A DNA stretch of 64,000 nucleotides from Antedon mediterranea (GCF_964355755.1 NC_092672.1:9982001-10046000); one strand, 5' to 3'; shown: positions 39,343 to 52,342, counted from the stretch's first letter. Numbers and translations are program-made. The notes: generated from the sequence alone by a model not told the origin.

Positions 39343-42300
39343 TCAACTTTATTTCAGACAAACTGTCCATATGAAACATATAAATACAATAAAAAATAAT
39401 ACAAAGCATTAATCGTCTACGCAGGTCAAATTTAAGATGTATTGAATTGATATAATTACCAGTTATGTCAACAAATAAATATTCGAAAGTTGGCAATTTT
39501 CCTTGATAATCCTTATATTATTAAGAACAGGGATTTCTTTTTAAATAACCAAAATATACACTGTCTAAAATTCAATAATTATGCGATAATATTGGCATAT
39601 ATGTGCATATTATCATCATCTTATATAGCCATAGTAACTAGTTATGTCTACAAATAAAATGATCGAAATTTGCCCATTTTTCGAAAAATGTTTTTACTAT
39701 AATACAGGGATTTTTTAAACATGCACAGAGTCCGAAAATGGGTTCTGCGCATGTCAATTTTGTTATAGTAATAAGTTTTATCGAAAATTAAAAGTGAGAA
39801 ATTTGTACTGTACTATAATACAGGAAATTTTTCGAAAAATGGCCAATTTCGACCTTTTTTTTTTCTCGATTAAACTGGTTAGTATAGCATAGTATACATG
39901 GGCAGAGTCGAATAATGGGTTCTGTGCATGACAATTATGCTATAGTAACCAGTTATAGAAAATCAAAAAGTACTCAGGGAAAAAACAAACATGCGCGGAG
40001 TCGAATAATGTGTCAATTATGCTAAAGTAAACAGTTTTATCGAAAAATAAAAAGGTCGAAATGTTGCGCTTTTTAAAATATAGTCAATTTTCGACACTAT
40101 TATTTTTTTACATTACTGGTTACTATGCATAATAAATTATGCTAAAGTAAACAGTTTTATCGAAAAATAAAAAGGTCGAAATTAGGCCATTTGTTCAAAA
40201 AATCCCCGTACTATAATACTGCCCTGTTATGAAAGAACGACTCAACTTTTTTTTCAAAAATCACTTTTTTAGCTCTTTTAGGATATTTAGGGAATGATAC
40301 ACCTTGTGGTATATTCAGATATTCAAAATTTTATTCAAATTTTTAGAAATATGAAATTTAAAAATCAAAATACCACTCAATTACAAGTGTGTGTTACTAT
40401 TCACCAAAGACTAACTCAACTACAAATGTCATGAAAGATTCACTCAATTGACATGTTAACACCTATTATGTCAAAGGAAACCCATTCAAGTGCACAACAA
40501 TGGTGTTAATTGCACAGCAAGCTGTGTAATGTTGTTGTTTTAAACATAAAATAATTTGGTACTGCCCTACGAATAATTGTCAATAATTATTTTATTCAAT
40601 ACTCACTTAAACTTGTTTAGTCATTTTATTTCTGGAATTTTTAGAATTAAATACCCAGGAGAGACTATGTGAACACCGTAATGATATTATTATTGAATAT
40701 TCTCCCTCTTAAATTAATACTTAAAACTAAAGTAAACATACAAGGAACATGAAAAACAATATTTTAAACTTATTTTTAGTTACAAATCTATGTACACACT
40801 AAATATATACAGAAATGTGGGAAATGTGATTACTACAATGTATATACGGTAGTGTCTGTAGGCGCGCCTACAAAAACAATTCCAAAAATGAATTAATTAT
40901 AATATATCATTTCTTAAAAGGTGTCTTTATTCTGTATAACATATATTTATATATTTATGTCAAAAGTGGTTACTATAGCACAATTGACATGCGCAGAAAC
41001 CATTATTCGTCTCTGCGCTTGTTTATTATGCAATAGTAACCATTTATGTCAAAAAATTAAAGGGTTGAAAATCGGCCATTTTTTTAAATTTTCCTGTACT
41101 ATAGTACATGGATTTCTTCCAAAAAATGGACAATTTTCGACCTGTTTATTTTTCGATAAAACTGGTTACTATAGCACAATTAACATGCGGAGAACCCATT
41201 AGTCGACTCTGCGCATGTTTATTATGCTATAGTAACTATTTATGTCAAAACTGGTTACCATAGCACAATTGACATGCGCAGAACCCATTATTCGTCTCTG
41301 CGCTTGTTTATTATGCAATAGTAACCACTTATGTCAAAATATTAAAGGGTCAAAAATCGGTCATTTTTTGGAAATTTTCCTGTACTATATAGTACAGGGA
41401 TTTTTTTCAAAAAAATGGCCAATTTTCGATCTTTTTATTTTTCGATAAAACTGGTTACTATAGCACAATTAACATGCGCAGAACCCATTAGTCGACTCTG
41501 CGCATGTTTATTATGCTATAGTAACCATTTATGTCAAAAAATAAAAGGGTCGAAAATCGGCCAATTTTCGGAAATTTTCCTCTACTATAGTACAGGGAAA
41601 AAATGGCCAATTTTCGACCGTTTTATTTTTAGATAAAACTGGTTCCTATAGCACAATTAACATGCGCAGAACCCATTAGTCGACTCTGCGCATGTTTATT
41701 ATGCTATAGTAACCATTTATGTCAAAACTGGTTACCATAGCACAATTGACATGCGCAGAACCCATTATTCGTCTCTGCGCTTGTTTATTATGCAATAGTA
41801 ACCACTTATGTCAAAAAATTAAAGGGTAAAAAATCGGTCATTTTTCGGAAATTGCAAATTTTCGACCTTTTTATTTTTAGATAAAACTGGTTACTATAGC
41901 AGAATTAACATGCGCCATTAGTCGACTCTGCGCATGTTTATTATGCTATAGTAACCATTTATGTCAAAAGTAACCACTTTGTTCTGCGCATTTCAATAAT
42001 ACTAGAGTAACCAGTTTTATCGAAAAACAAAAGGGTCGTTATTTGGCCATTTTTATATAAAAAAACCCTGTAGTATAGTACAGGAAAATTTTCGAAAAAT
42101 GGTCAAATTTCGACTTTTTTAGTTTTTGATAAAAATGGTTACTATAGCATAACAAACATGCGGAGTGTCGAATAATGAGTTATGAGCATGTCAATTATGC
42201 TATTGTAAAGCAGAGTCGAATAACCTGTTCTGCGCATGTCAATTATGCTATAGTAACCAGTTTTATCGAAAAATAAAAAGTAATATAGTACAGGAAAGTA

Positions 42301-42660
42301 ACACACATGCGCAGAGTCGAATAATGTATCATGCGCATGTCAATTTTACTATTGTAAAAATGAAAAGGTCGAAATGTGTTTTTGACGTAACTGGTCACTT
42401 ACAGCATAATAAACATAAACAAATTTCGACCTTTTTATTTTTAGATAAAAATGGTTACTATAGTACAATAAATAATCGTAGATTCGAATATTGGGTTCTG
42501 TGCACGTTTATTATGCTATAGTAACCAGTTTTATAAAAATTAAAAAGGTCAAAATGTGTCCATTTTTAAAAATAATCCTTGTACTTGTACAGGACAATTT
42601 TCGAAAAACATTTAATTTTCGATCCTATTATTTTTTGACATAACTGGTTACTATCATTAA
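39130..42660. repeat. Complex satellite of self-complementary ~89-bp and ~110-bp modules, interrupted at ~39304-39420 and ~40217-40950
   Basis: ggtta(c)tatagcacaatt starts at 40968, 41164, 41253, 41453, 41641, 41730, 41889; opposite-orientation copies at 39560-40210 and 41980-42340. Confidence 0.85.
39304..39420 (-). mobile_element. LINE 3' tail with (ATCA)n microsatellite
   Basis: (atca)n followed by ctttatttcagac; on the minus strand, aataaa followed by a (ttga)n tail. Confidence 0.45.
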
Positions 42661-43296
42661 GCCGCTTCTAAATGTTACAATATTAGTAAAAAAAACGTAC
42701 ACAGTAATCAGTTTTAATAATACTCTAGTATAAAATGACCTACCTTCTGATTAATAATGGAATGATCCAAATGACCTACCAACCAACCATTTGATGATCT
42801 GAGTTTTCTAGATCTAGAAAACTCAGATATATCTGAGATCTGAGTTTTCTAGACACCCTTGCTTCAGGTTGTTAAAATCAGTACCGAAAGTACGAACCAA
42901 CTTTATATACCATCGAGTAAACATAACGCGCGATTTTTGACCTTACGTTCTACTCAGTATTGTGGACGATTCTATTCAGAAACTTGTCGATTTTGTGATA
43001 AAAAATGATCATCAAGCAAGAGAGATGGTCAGATGCCGTTCTAAGTCTAATTCAAGTAATACTTTACAAAGTTTATATCAATAGTAAATCGTCATTATTT
43101 TTAATGAATGGCTCATTATAATGTTATCATTTTACTATTATTATTATAACTATTACTTCTCCATTAGTGTGTTTGCACTAACAAAACAAAAATAAAGGGT
43201 CGGTCAATAATTTTGAGTCAATCTATTAAGTGACATGAACCGAACCGATGGGTCAATATTAATATACACGTTATTATATATGTTTACTGGTACTGA

Positions 43297-45018
43297 CCCA
43301 TGGGGTCATATTTGACCCGTCACATGTCTTAGTCATGTGATTTTACTAGGCAAAGGTTTTAACAAAAAAAATCACTGCAACACCCATAGGGACAGATAAG
43401 GCACAGTTTGAGATCAACAGGAAGTCAATTGAGCCTAGAATTAGTTACAGTGTTTACACAATGGCTTCTTCAAGCAGGTAAGCATGCTTTGTTGTCTTTG
43501 GATCTTCTAAAGCCTATAACACCTACAATATTGTGTTATTTGTTTTAAAAACTAGATAGATATTATCAATAGAGTTTATAGATCATGATTATTACAAAAA
43601 ATAAGTTATATTACTTTAATTTTTTATTTGGTAGGCGTTTTAAAAAATGGGGACATATATGTCCCTATGGCCCTCTATGTTGTAGAACATGGGTCATATG
43701 TCCCAATGGGTCACCATGCTTGTATTGTGTTATTATTATCCAAGTTCATATGTCAATAATTTATAGAATGTTAGATCTTATTATGACTTTAAAAATACTA
43801 CACCATATTATTCATTTTCAAAAAGTATTATTTTCTTATAAAATTATTATTTTTATTGTGTCTAATTTATAATTGTCATTTTTTATTATATTTTTTTTTT
43901 ATAGTAATCGCCAACATAATTTTGCGCGGAAATCGTCTTGCCGGTAGCAATCTCATGTCAGAAAAGGAAATGCAGAAAAAAGGAAGGGGAGCATGTGACT
44001 GAAGAGTAGAAGAGTCGAGTAATGTAGTTGTTAGCTGGTTGGACACAAAACGAGTAACTTTAATTTCAAGTTATGCTGGCGTTGAACCAACAGACAAGGC
44101 GCGTTGCTGGGACAAAGGGAAAAAAGAATTTGTAGAGGTTACAAGGGTTACAAGACCATCTATTGTAAGCCGGTATAATACCCATATGGGAGGAGTTGAC
44201 GTAATGGATGCTTGCATTGCCAGATACAAATATCACATCATTTCAAAGCGTTGGTATCTGTATTTGTTTTGGCAAGGTGTGTACATAGCCCTTGTGAATG
44301 CTTGGCTTCTATATCGCCGGGAATGCAAAGAAGTAGGCGTTGCAAAGAACTCAATTTTGAATCAAAGGAAGTTTCAAGCAATAGTTGCACAAACACTCAT
44401 TCAAATAAACACTAAAAAACCAGGCAGACCATCAACTCCAGTTGCAGCTAATATTCAACCTGTAAAGCGTCAACAAAAACGCCCACTTGCAAACGACGAT
44501 GTAGGGTTGGATAAAGTTGCCCATTGGCCACTAAAAGATGAAAAACGCCGTCGTTGTGCTATCTGTAAAGTCAACAAGACAGATACAACATTTGAAAAAT
44601 GCAAAGTAGCTCTTTGCTTTACAGAGAAGAGGAATTGCTTTAGAGAATACCACAAAAATAGACTTTTCATAATTGTATCAATACAATTATAACAATAGAA
44701 CAATCACAATTTTTGTTTATTAATCAGAATTTGGATGTGTAAAATTGTAAATAGCATAACAAATCTTTTTACTAAAGCTTATGATGTGATTTTCTGATCT
44801 TTTTTTTTTTAATGTCAATAAATATTTTGCTGTTTAAAAAATGATTTGTTTTCTATTATAACCCATTAGGACATATATGACCCATTACCCAAAACAGGAT
44901 CAAAGTTCAAAAGGGCTCAAATTAACATATGGAACTGATTCTTGTATGTGTAATAAGTAATACAAACTTGGTAAATATTTTTTATTAACAATAAAATTAT
45001 GTTTGGGCCTTGATGGGA
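43297..45018 (+). mobile_element. Internally deleted piggyBac (PGBD3-like) transposon
   Basis: Ends cccat.../...atggg; subterminal palindromes ggg(t/a)catat(a/t)tg(a/t)ccc at 43303, 43650, 44869; absent from the paralogous site at 50871-50900. Confidence 0.85.
43905..44692 (+). pseudogene. piggyBac transposase C-terminal half
   Basis: R.NRL..KGRG, W.DTKRV, RPSIVSRYNTHMGGVDVMD (third catalytic Asp), KRWY, VNAWLLY, C-terminal Cys-rich domain RRRCAIC..CKVALC..NCFREYH; in-frame TGA at ~44000 and N-terminal half missing. Confidence 0.9.
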
Positions 45019-45142
45019 TTTATATATGTTTACTGGTACTGAAAATAATCGTAAAAGTTGAATCCAAAACAATATCGTAACTCTTTATATGACACAACAC
45101 AATTGTCTTCTTTCAATTCGGTAATCATTAATCTACTCCAAC

Positions 45143-48100
45143 ATGTCTATTTCATCTACTGAGAGCTACGCATCATCGTTTATGGAATTTCGACGAATGT
45201 CAGATCAAAATGACAAAATGAAAAGCTGGTTAAAAGAAAAGTTGGATGAATGCATAGAAGAAGACAGTTTAAAAAGAAAAGATGAGTGCCGGATTCTTGG
45301 AGTGGGCAGTGGCGTTGGTAAGTCAACTTTTTTTGCTGTCTGTTGCACACAATCTACGTTGTTAATTGGCAAAAATAACATTTTACCAAGTATATAATTT
45401 ACTTTGTTACTTGGCAAAAATAAAATGTTACTAAGTATAGTATTTACTTTGTTTGTATGTTTGTTTGATTTTTAGCACGGTAGCGCCTACAGTTTTAACG
45501 TTATCATTCTGATTTTTTTTTATGTAGATATTTATTTACTTTCAGATCATGCCTACTGAAAATAAAACAAATTGGTTTATTAATAACTTCACAAATAACA
45601 AAAATGATATATTTTCAGACCGGCTAGTGTTAAAAGATAGGAGACAATTATCAAAAGCCAAGAGCAGTCTTAAAGTAACTGAAAATTGCATTTTCTCATT
45701 TTCTCGAGAACTACTAAAAACCTTATTTTTGAACAAGTGGCAAGAGTTATAAATTGTGATTTGTAATTTTCAAAACAAAATTTTATTTATTGTACAGGTT
45801 TTTTGATACGAGTAGTTTTAAAAAACCTATTTCTTTTCAAATTCACCCGTTTGTTTAAATATTATTTTAGAATCAGCATCCGGCTTGTATACAAATTAAA
45901 ATGGGTTATTTGGTTATTGCTTTTAGGTGAGATCGACTGTTTCATTTGTGAAAATCTTCAGAAAAAGCAGAAGAATATCTGTGTTCGTGTATTGGAACCA
46001 AACGCTATTGAAATGAATCATTTCAAAGCAAATGTGTGTTCTAACAAATGTTTGGATTTCGTGAAATTTGACTGGCGTCAAGTTGATGCTCTCGATTACT
46101 TTGTATGTGTAACTTATTATTAAATATTTTAGGTAATTCAACAAAATACTAAAGTATTTACACATATGAAGGGAAATTCGACCATGGCACAGAAGTTTAA
46201 AGAAAATCTTCAACCTACCAGCAGGTTACTTTGTGTTTGTATCAAAGCTTGGTCCAAGCTGGAACGTGACCTCTACATATAATATTAGTGAACCATTTTT
46301 ACTTACTAATAATGGATATTTTTGTTACCATATTAATTCCAACAAAATAAAAGCATACTCGGATAAACTCCGCTCCTCCACTAAAAAACCGTTACATAGT
46401 ACTTACAGTAAACACGTGGATGGAAATTCCATCTTGGTACAGATGTATGAAGAAAAGCTTAAACCTCCCAACAGGTCATTTTTGTATTAAAGAGTAGAGT
46501 ACCGGTATACAGTATATATTCATAATATTATCAACTTTAGCAACACATTAATAAATTAATTAATCAATAATAAGCTCACTTATTCATCAGCATTAACGTC
46601 AAGTTTATTTATATAAACCTTAATGCCAACTTTATATTACTCGTGAATGTTTAACTACAGACATAAATAAAATATGGTCGGACGTTAATACTGTGTAATC
46701 TTTAAACTTACTATACTTTTACATTAATTTTAACAATCTTAATATTAATGATATACCGGTCAAATTTGTATGAAAGAAATAAACCATTGGTTACCAAATT
46801 AATTTTTTATTGTTGACAACTTGTTGTAACATTACTGTAACTATGTGTAATATTAAATGAATACAATCATTTTCTCACCCTGTGGCCATAAAGTACAGTA
46901 AAGAGGCACAATTTATAATAAAAGTGGTAGTGAGGATGTACTATTTGTCACTAAGTAACGTTTAAAACGTTGCCAGAAAAAAAGAAGAAAGGGTAGCTGT
47001 GTAAGACAAAAAGTAAATTTGGTATAGGAACCAAGTCAACATAGGAATAACACTAATGTATATTTCATTACAGAAAGAAACTCCAGATAAACGGTTTCAC
47101 ATCATACATTTATTCCACGTACTCTACTACTTCAAAGGAAATGAAATGAACGTCATTCAGCAATGCTTCAACCAATTAGAAGTGGGCGGACGTCTTCTAA
47201 TTATACAAGCATCAGGTAAAAGTTGTACAGTTCTACTGAATTCATTGGTGTATTCTTGTTATGCCTATACAAAAGAAACATATATTTCGTTACTGAGTGG
47301 ATAAAGAATATATTTAAAAATTATTCCTCGATGTACCATCCTCTTCCTCATCCCTGAAAAAAACACATTGGGTTTGTTTAAATGAGTCCAAAGAAAAGAA
47401 AAAAAATGGAATCATTTTGTGACAGGTTTCTCCTTTTTGAATAATTCTCAGGGTACTAATTTTAGTTGACTACATAACTCATCGTGTATTTATTCGTTTC
47501 TGTAAACGACAATGTATTATAGTCTTGCGGTACGTACATTTGAAATCGCCATTTTTTAAAGGCTGAAATCATTGTGTAATCGAGAACCATCTGTGGGCAC
47601 GACCTAGATGGTACGCGAGAAAAGTGAGCCTACTATCTAGTATAATACAATAAGCCTCGAATGGGGACTTATTAACACGATACATAATAAAAGGTTTATC
47701 AATCCTGGAATTTGTGAGTTTCTCGCTCTTGGATGCGTATGAAATAAAAAATAATAATAATAAAAAAACATGAACAAGTTTATTTAATCCATGTCAAAAT
47801 ATTCACATATCACAGCATATGTAATATAGGCCGGCTTACACTAATTATCTATATTACTTACATTCCAATAGCTTCAAGTAGACTTGAATGTATCCGAAAC
47901 GCATTCGCTAAAGAATTGTGTTCCTTAAAGGGAAAATTTAACCGGATCTCTGGTGAAGATTTGCTGTTCAGAATTAACAGATTTGGGTACAAGTACCATA
48001 GTGACAGCATTCGTTCATCGCTGGACGTCAGTCAATGTTTAGCAGACCCAAAATCTGAATCAGGGAGTCTTTTGTGGGATTTTATAACTGTGTTGACAAG

Positions 48101-48232
48101 TGTGTTGAAACATCTCCTCATTTAGTTCTTCAAATACGAAATATGATGACTTCCGAACGTGCTGTGCCTGGGGATAAAACTTACATTCCCGTGGATTCAA
48201 TTGGAATTACTATTCAGAAAACACATCTATGA
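45143..48232 (+). pseudogene. HNMT: Histamine N-methyltransferase-like, copy 1 (1-bp frameshift in exon 4)
   Basis: Exons 45143-45317, 45927-46102, 47074-47215, 47872-48232. Motifs ILGVGSGVGEID (SAM motif I), VLEPN, VKFDW, FHIIHLFHVLYY, LDVSQC, GSLLWDF. ACT-GT-GTT-GAC versus ACT-GGA-GTT-GAT in copy 2 shifts the frame at ~48090, with a stop at 48123-48125; could be an assembly error. Confidence 0.85.
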
Positions 48233-48661
48233 TTCTGCACATTAAATGTGATTGTTGCCATAACACTATTTTGTTTTGTCTTTTGTGAGTTCATCTCACG
48301 TTTATTAAAATTCTCAGTGATGAATATATTGTATACATATAAGTGCATTTGTGACAATTAAAATAAGTGTTTAAAGTATTTAAAATACAGGTATATTTAC
48401 ATAATAAGATACTTGATTTCAGTATTAACCATATTTGTTTTCATCAAAAAATGTTAGATACGATGTTAATTAAAATGTAACAAATTAAAGATGGCGGTAA
48501 AATAATTCTTGTTAAACTATCTTATTTGTGTTCTTATTAATGTGTTCTAGTAGAGAGGCTATAAACTCAGGAGAGGAATCTCCATTTTCACCAAGACAAA
48601 AGGGATGAAATGAAAAAAGAGGAATGCAAAAGTTTGAAAGTTAGATATTTAGAATTGATAT

Positions 48662-49050
48662 TGGTCAGATGTTTTGCCCTACTCTGACGTAATTTCTACT
48701 TCATACTAAGTATATTGAGAATACTTCTGTTAGCCAATATCCTAACGCAAAGCTACTCTACAGTAGTTACAAACAATTAAAATCCTGTTGGTGCAGTACG
48801 CGCTGATTAATTGGGCTCGAATCTAATCCCTAGCCATCAGAGCAAGCTCGGTGGTCTAGAGGTAAGAACGCCAGGCTAATGATCTGGAGGTCGTGGGTTC
48901 GAGTCCCACCCGAGAATTATTTGCGTATTTTTTCGCAAGTATTCTCAATGTACTTAGTATGAAGTAAAAATTACGTCAGAGTAGAGCAAAACATCTGACC
49001 ACTTACTAAACACCCTGGCGCAAAGTTACTTCACAGTAGTTACAAACAAT
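48662..49050. mobile_element. 389-bp fold-back element enclosing a tRNA-like sequence, 10-bp TSD
   Basis: gaattgatat at 48652-48661 and 49051-49060; ~65-bp inverted arms 48662-48726 / 48937-49001; direct repeat cgcaaag.tact..acagtagttacaaacaat at ~48746 and ~49019. Confidence 0.75.
48845..48916 (+). tRNA. tRNA-like sequence (AAT anticodon; probably pseudo-tRNA or SINE head)
   Basis: A box TGGTCTAGAGG, anticodon arm CCAGG-CTAATGA-TCTGG, T arm GTGGG-TTCGAGT-CCCAC; only a 5-bp acceptor stem (CTCGG/CCGAG) and a weak D stem. Confidence 0.55.
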
Positions 49051-50558
49051 GAATTGATATACTTAATGACAACCGTAAGGTTAGAGTCCATACACTGTAG
49101 AAGTCCAATATGCGATTTTAGCTATGTGCGTATGAGACGTTTCATACCCGATGTCATCTTAGTACAACTACTACTTACAATTTGTATGTACGATATAACA
49201 TATTGCAATACAAATATGTTATTATAAACGCTGGGTGATGAAGACCAATTGACAATAAAATTAGCAATCCTAAATGACGTACTGTATTTATTTTATTGTT
49301 TTTATTTTATTGTTTACTATCTTTAGGCAATGTGGCCAATGATTAGCAATAGTAAATTTATTACTGTCCTATCAAAAAAAAGGTGCTGCCTTAACCGCTC
49401 GGCCTTTTGCCTACATCGCCTACAAAACTCGGGTCATGTTTCCGCATGCAAAGCTAACCGATAAAAATTAACCGATACATTGCCTGTGGAGACGAGGTTT
49501 TTCAGATTCCACTCGAAAAAAAGTTAAAATAATCTCATACAAATCGGATAATTATCGGATACGCATACTGAGACCAGTTTACTCTACTTCTGTAGAATAA
49601 CACGTGTAAAATGACTGTTTAAACCAGTATATTTAACTGATGATAATAGTAAAGCCGATTCATGAGTTCTCTACTGTACGGTATTGTGGACATATAAATA
49701 GCGCCTCTAGAGGTAAGAACGCCAGGCTAATGATCTGGAGGTCGTGGGTTCGAGTCCCACCCGAGAATTATTTGCGTATTTTTTCGCAAGTATTCTCAAT
49801 GTACTTAGTATGAAGTACAAATTACGTCAGAGTAGGGCAAAACATCTGACCACTTACTAAACACCCTGGCGCAAAGTTACTTCACAGTAGTTACAAACAA
49901 TGAATTGATATACTTAATGACAACCGTAAGGTTAGAGTCCATACACTGTAGAAGTCCAAGATGCGATTTTAGCTATGTGCGTATGAGACGTTTCATACCC
50001 GATGTCATCTTAGTACAACTACTACTTACAATTTGTATGTACGATATAACATATTGCAATACAAATATGTTATTATAAACGCTGGGTGATGAAGACCAAT
50101 TGACAATAAAATTAGCAATCCTAAATGACGTACTGTATTTATTTTATTGTTTTTATTTTATTGTTTACTGTCTTTAGGCAATGTGGCCAATGATTAGCAA
50201 TAGTAAATTTATCACTGTCCTATCAAAAAAAAAAGGTGCTGCCTTAACCGCTCGGCCTTTTGCCTACATCGCCTACAAAACTCGGGTCATGTTTCCGCAT
50301 GCAAAGCTAACCGATAAAAATTAACCGATACATTGCCTGTGGAGACGAGGTTTTTCAGATTCCACTCGAAAAAAAGTTAAAATAATCTCATTCAAATCGG
50401 ATAATTATCGGATACGCATACTGAGACCAGTTTACTCTACTTCTGTAGAATAACACGTGTAAAATGACTGTTTAAACCAGTATATTTAACTGATGATAAT
50501 AGTAAAGCCGATTCATGAGTTCTCTACTGTACGGTATTGTGGACATATAAATAGCGCC
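48855..50558. repeat. Near-identical tandem duplication, 851 + 853 bp
   Basis: 48855-49705 and 49706-50558 both run tctagaggtaagaacg...atagcgcc, with only a few substitutions and an A-run length change. Confidence 0.95.
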
Positions 50559-51539
50559 CCAAACGATAACATTCAGAAACTTGTCGATTTTGTGATAAAA
50601 CATTATCATCAAATCAGAAAGAGATATGATCAGATGCCGTTCAAAATCTAATTCAAGTAATACTTTACAAAGTTTATATCAATAGTAAATCGTCATTATT
50701 TTTAATGAATGGTTCATTATAATGTTATCATTTTACTATTATTTATTATAACTATTACTTCTCCATTAGTGTGTTTGCACTAACAAAACAAAAATGAAGG
50801 GTCGGTCACTAATTTTGAGTCACTCTATTAGGTGACATGAACCGAACCGATGGGTCAATATTAATATACACGTTATTATATGTTTACTGGTACTGAAAAT
50901 AAACGTAAAAGTTGAATCCTAAACAACCGCTATATCAGTGTATTTTTATTAAAGAAATAAACAATTAGGGTTGGTCACTAACTCTGAATTTTATGACTTC
51001 AACAATATTATACTTGTTTTAATAAAATCACAATTATCATGTTGATTTTTTAATAATATATTTTATTAATAACATGAACTTACACATGGACTTATTCACA
51101 GATATCTGAAGCTAATAACCAACATAAACTTAGATCCTCATTTAGGCCTATATCCGTTTTAATTAAAGGAATACTCAAGCAAATCTGATTACAAAACATC
51201 ATAAATAATTCGGCCTGCATCTATGCTAGTAAAAAACAGTTATGGTTGGAAACTAATTCTGAGTATATTGCTTATATTAATCTGCTGATTTTGACCAGGG
51301 ATGGGTGAAATTGCACTCTAATTCTTACTCTTAGTTATGAGAAGTTTCGTTCCAAAGTCAATCGAATTTTATAATGTATTAGCGTACAGAACACGCGCGC
51401 AACTATGCTTTGCCGCAAGTACTTATGTACGCTTTGCACATCGATAAATCACCGTAATGTTACATTTTTGTTTTAAATATTAGAAAACGTAGAAAGTAGT
51501 TTGTTGCTCCTATACTTTAAATGCATTAACAGAGACAAT

Positions 51540-52342
51540 AGACACGTTTCGCGCTCGCGAGGTCACCGTCAGTTTGACCTTTTAGTGGGTATATACAATG
51601 GTAAACAAACACAGTACAGCGAGAGGTATGTTAAAGCATGGGAGAACTGAGAGATGATCATCTTAAAAAGCAATCGTCAAAACTAGCCTTTTGATGGAAT
51701 GGCATGGTAAGGATGTTATTTATTTTCTAAACTTATGTTTTATATTCACTGTAGAATTATTTGGGCATTTGGTTCGGAATCATCACTTTATTTATGTATT
51801 GTCATTTTTGGTTTGACACATATATATTACGGTGCATTTAATACATGTTAACTGTTGATTTTATTTACAAATGTTGCGTAAATATAGTAATTATTATCTT
51901 TCATTCTTCTTCATGCTCCTATTGCATCTTCCATGTATTATGTGATGTTCTTCGGCGCTTAAACAGACACCCAAGCCTCCTAGGCCTAGTAGACGAAGTA
52001 CCGCATCAGGCAACGCCACCGGGCGGGCGGAGAGACACGAGCACATCGTGGACGTACCTTTCCTTGAAAAATTTCCAAGATTTTGCGCCACTATCCTTTG
52101 GAGCCGACGCAAACCACTCAGCAAGTGTTTGAAAATTAAAAACAGGAATATTATTCAGTGATTTTGTGTAGTTAAATTCACGATTTATCCAACATATACA
52201 ACATTTATGATGCACCTTGCAACAAAAGCATTCGGCAGTCGCCATTTCGCTATGCTTCAACACGCACTAGGCGAGAGGTGTTCGGTTTGTTTACAAATCT
52301 ATACCCACTATTTCTAATTGATCGCGAGCGAGAAACGTGTCT
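51540..52342. mobile_element. ISL2EU-like (PIF/Harbinger relative) deleted DNA transposon
   Basis: caatagacacgtttcgcgctcgcga / tcgcgagcgagaaacgtgtctattg (1 mismatch in 25), AT flanks; minus-strand coding remnant KSWKFFKERYVHDV...GRCNRSMKKNE resembles the SWIM/YqaJ accessory protein N-terminus. Family call is inference. Confidence 0.6.

Noticed and set aside
48845-48916. Functional tRNA-Ile(AAT) gene
   Set aside because: Acceptor stem has only 5 pairs, the D stem is weak, and it sits within a TSD-flanked repeat; kept as tRNA-like only.
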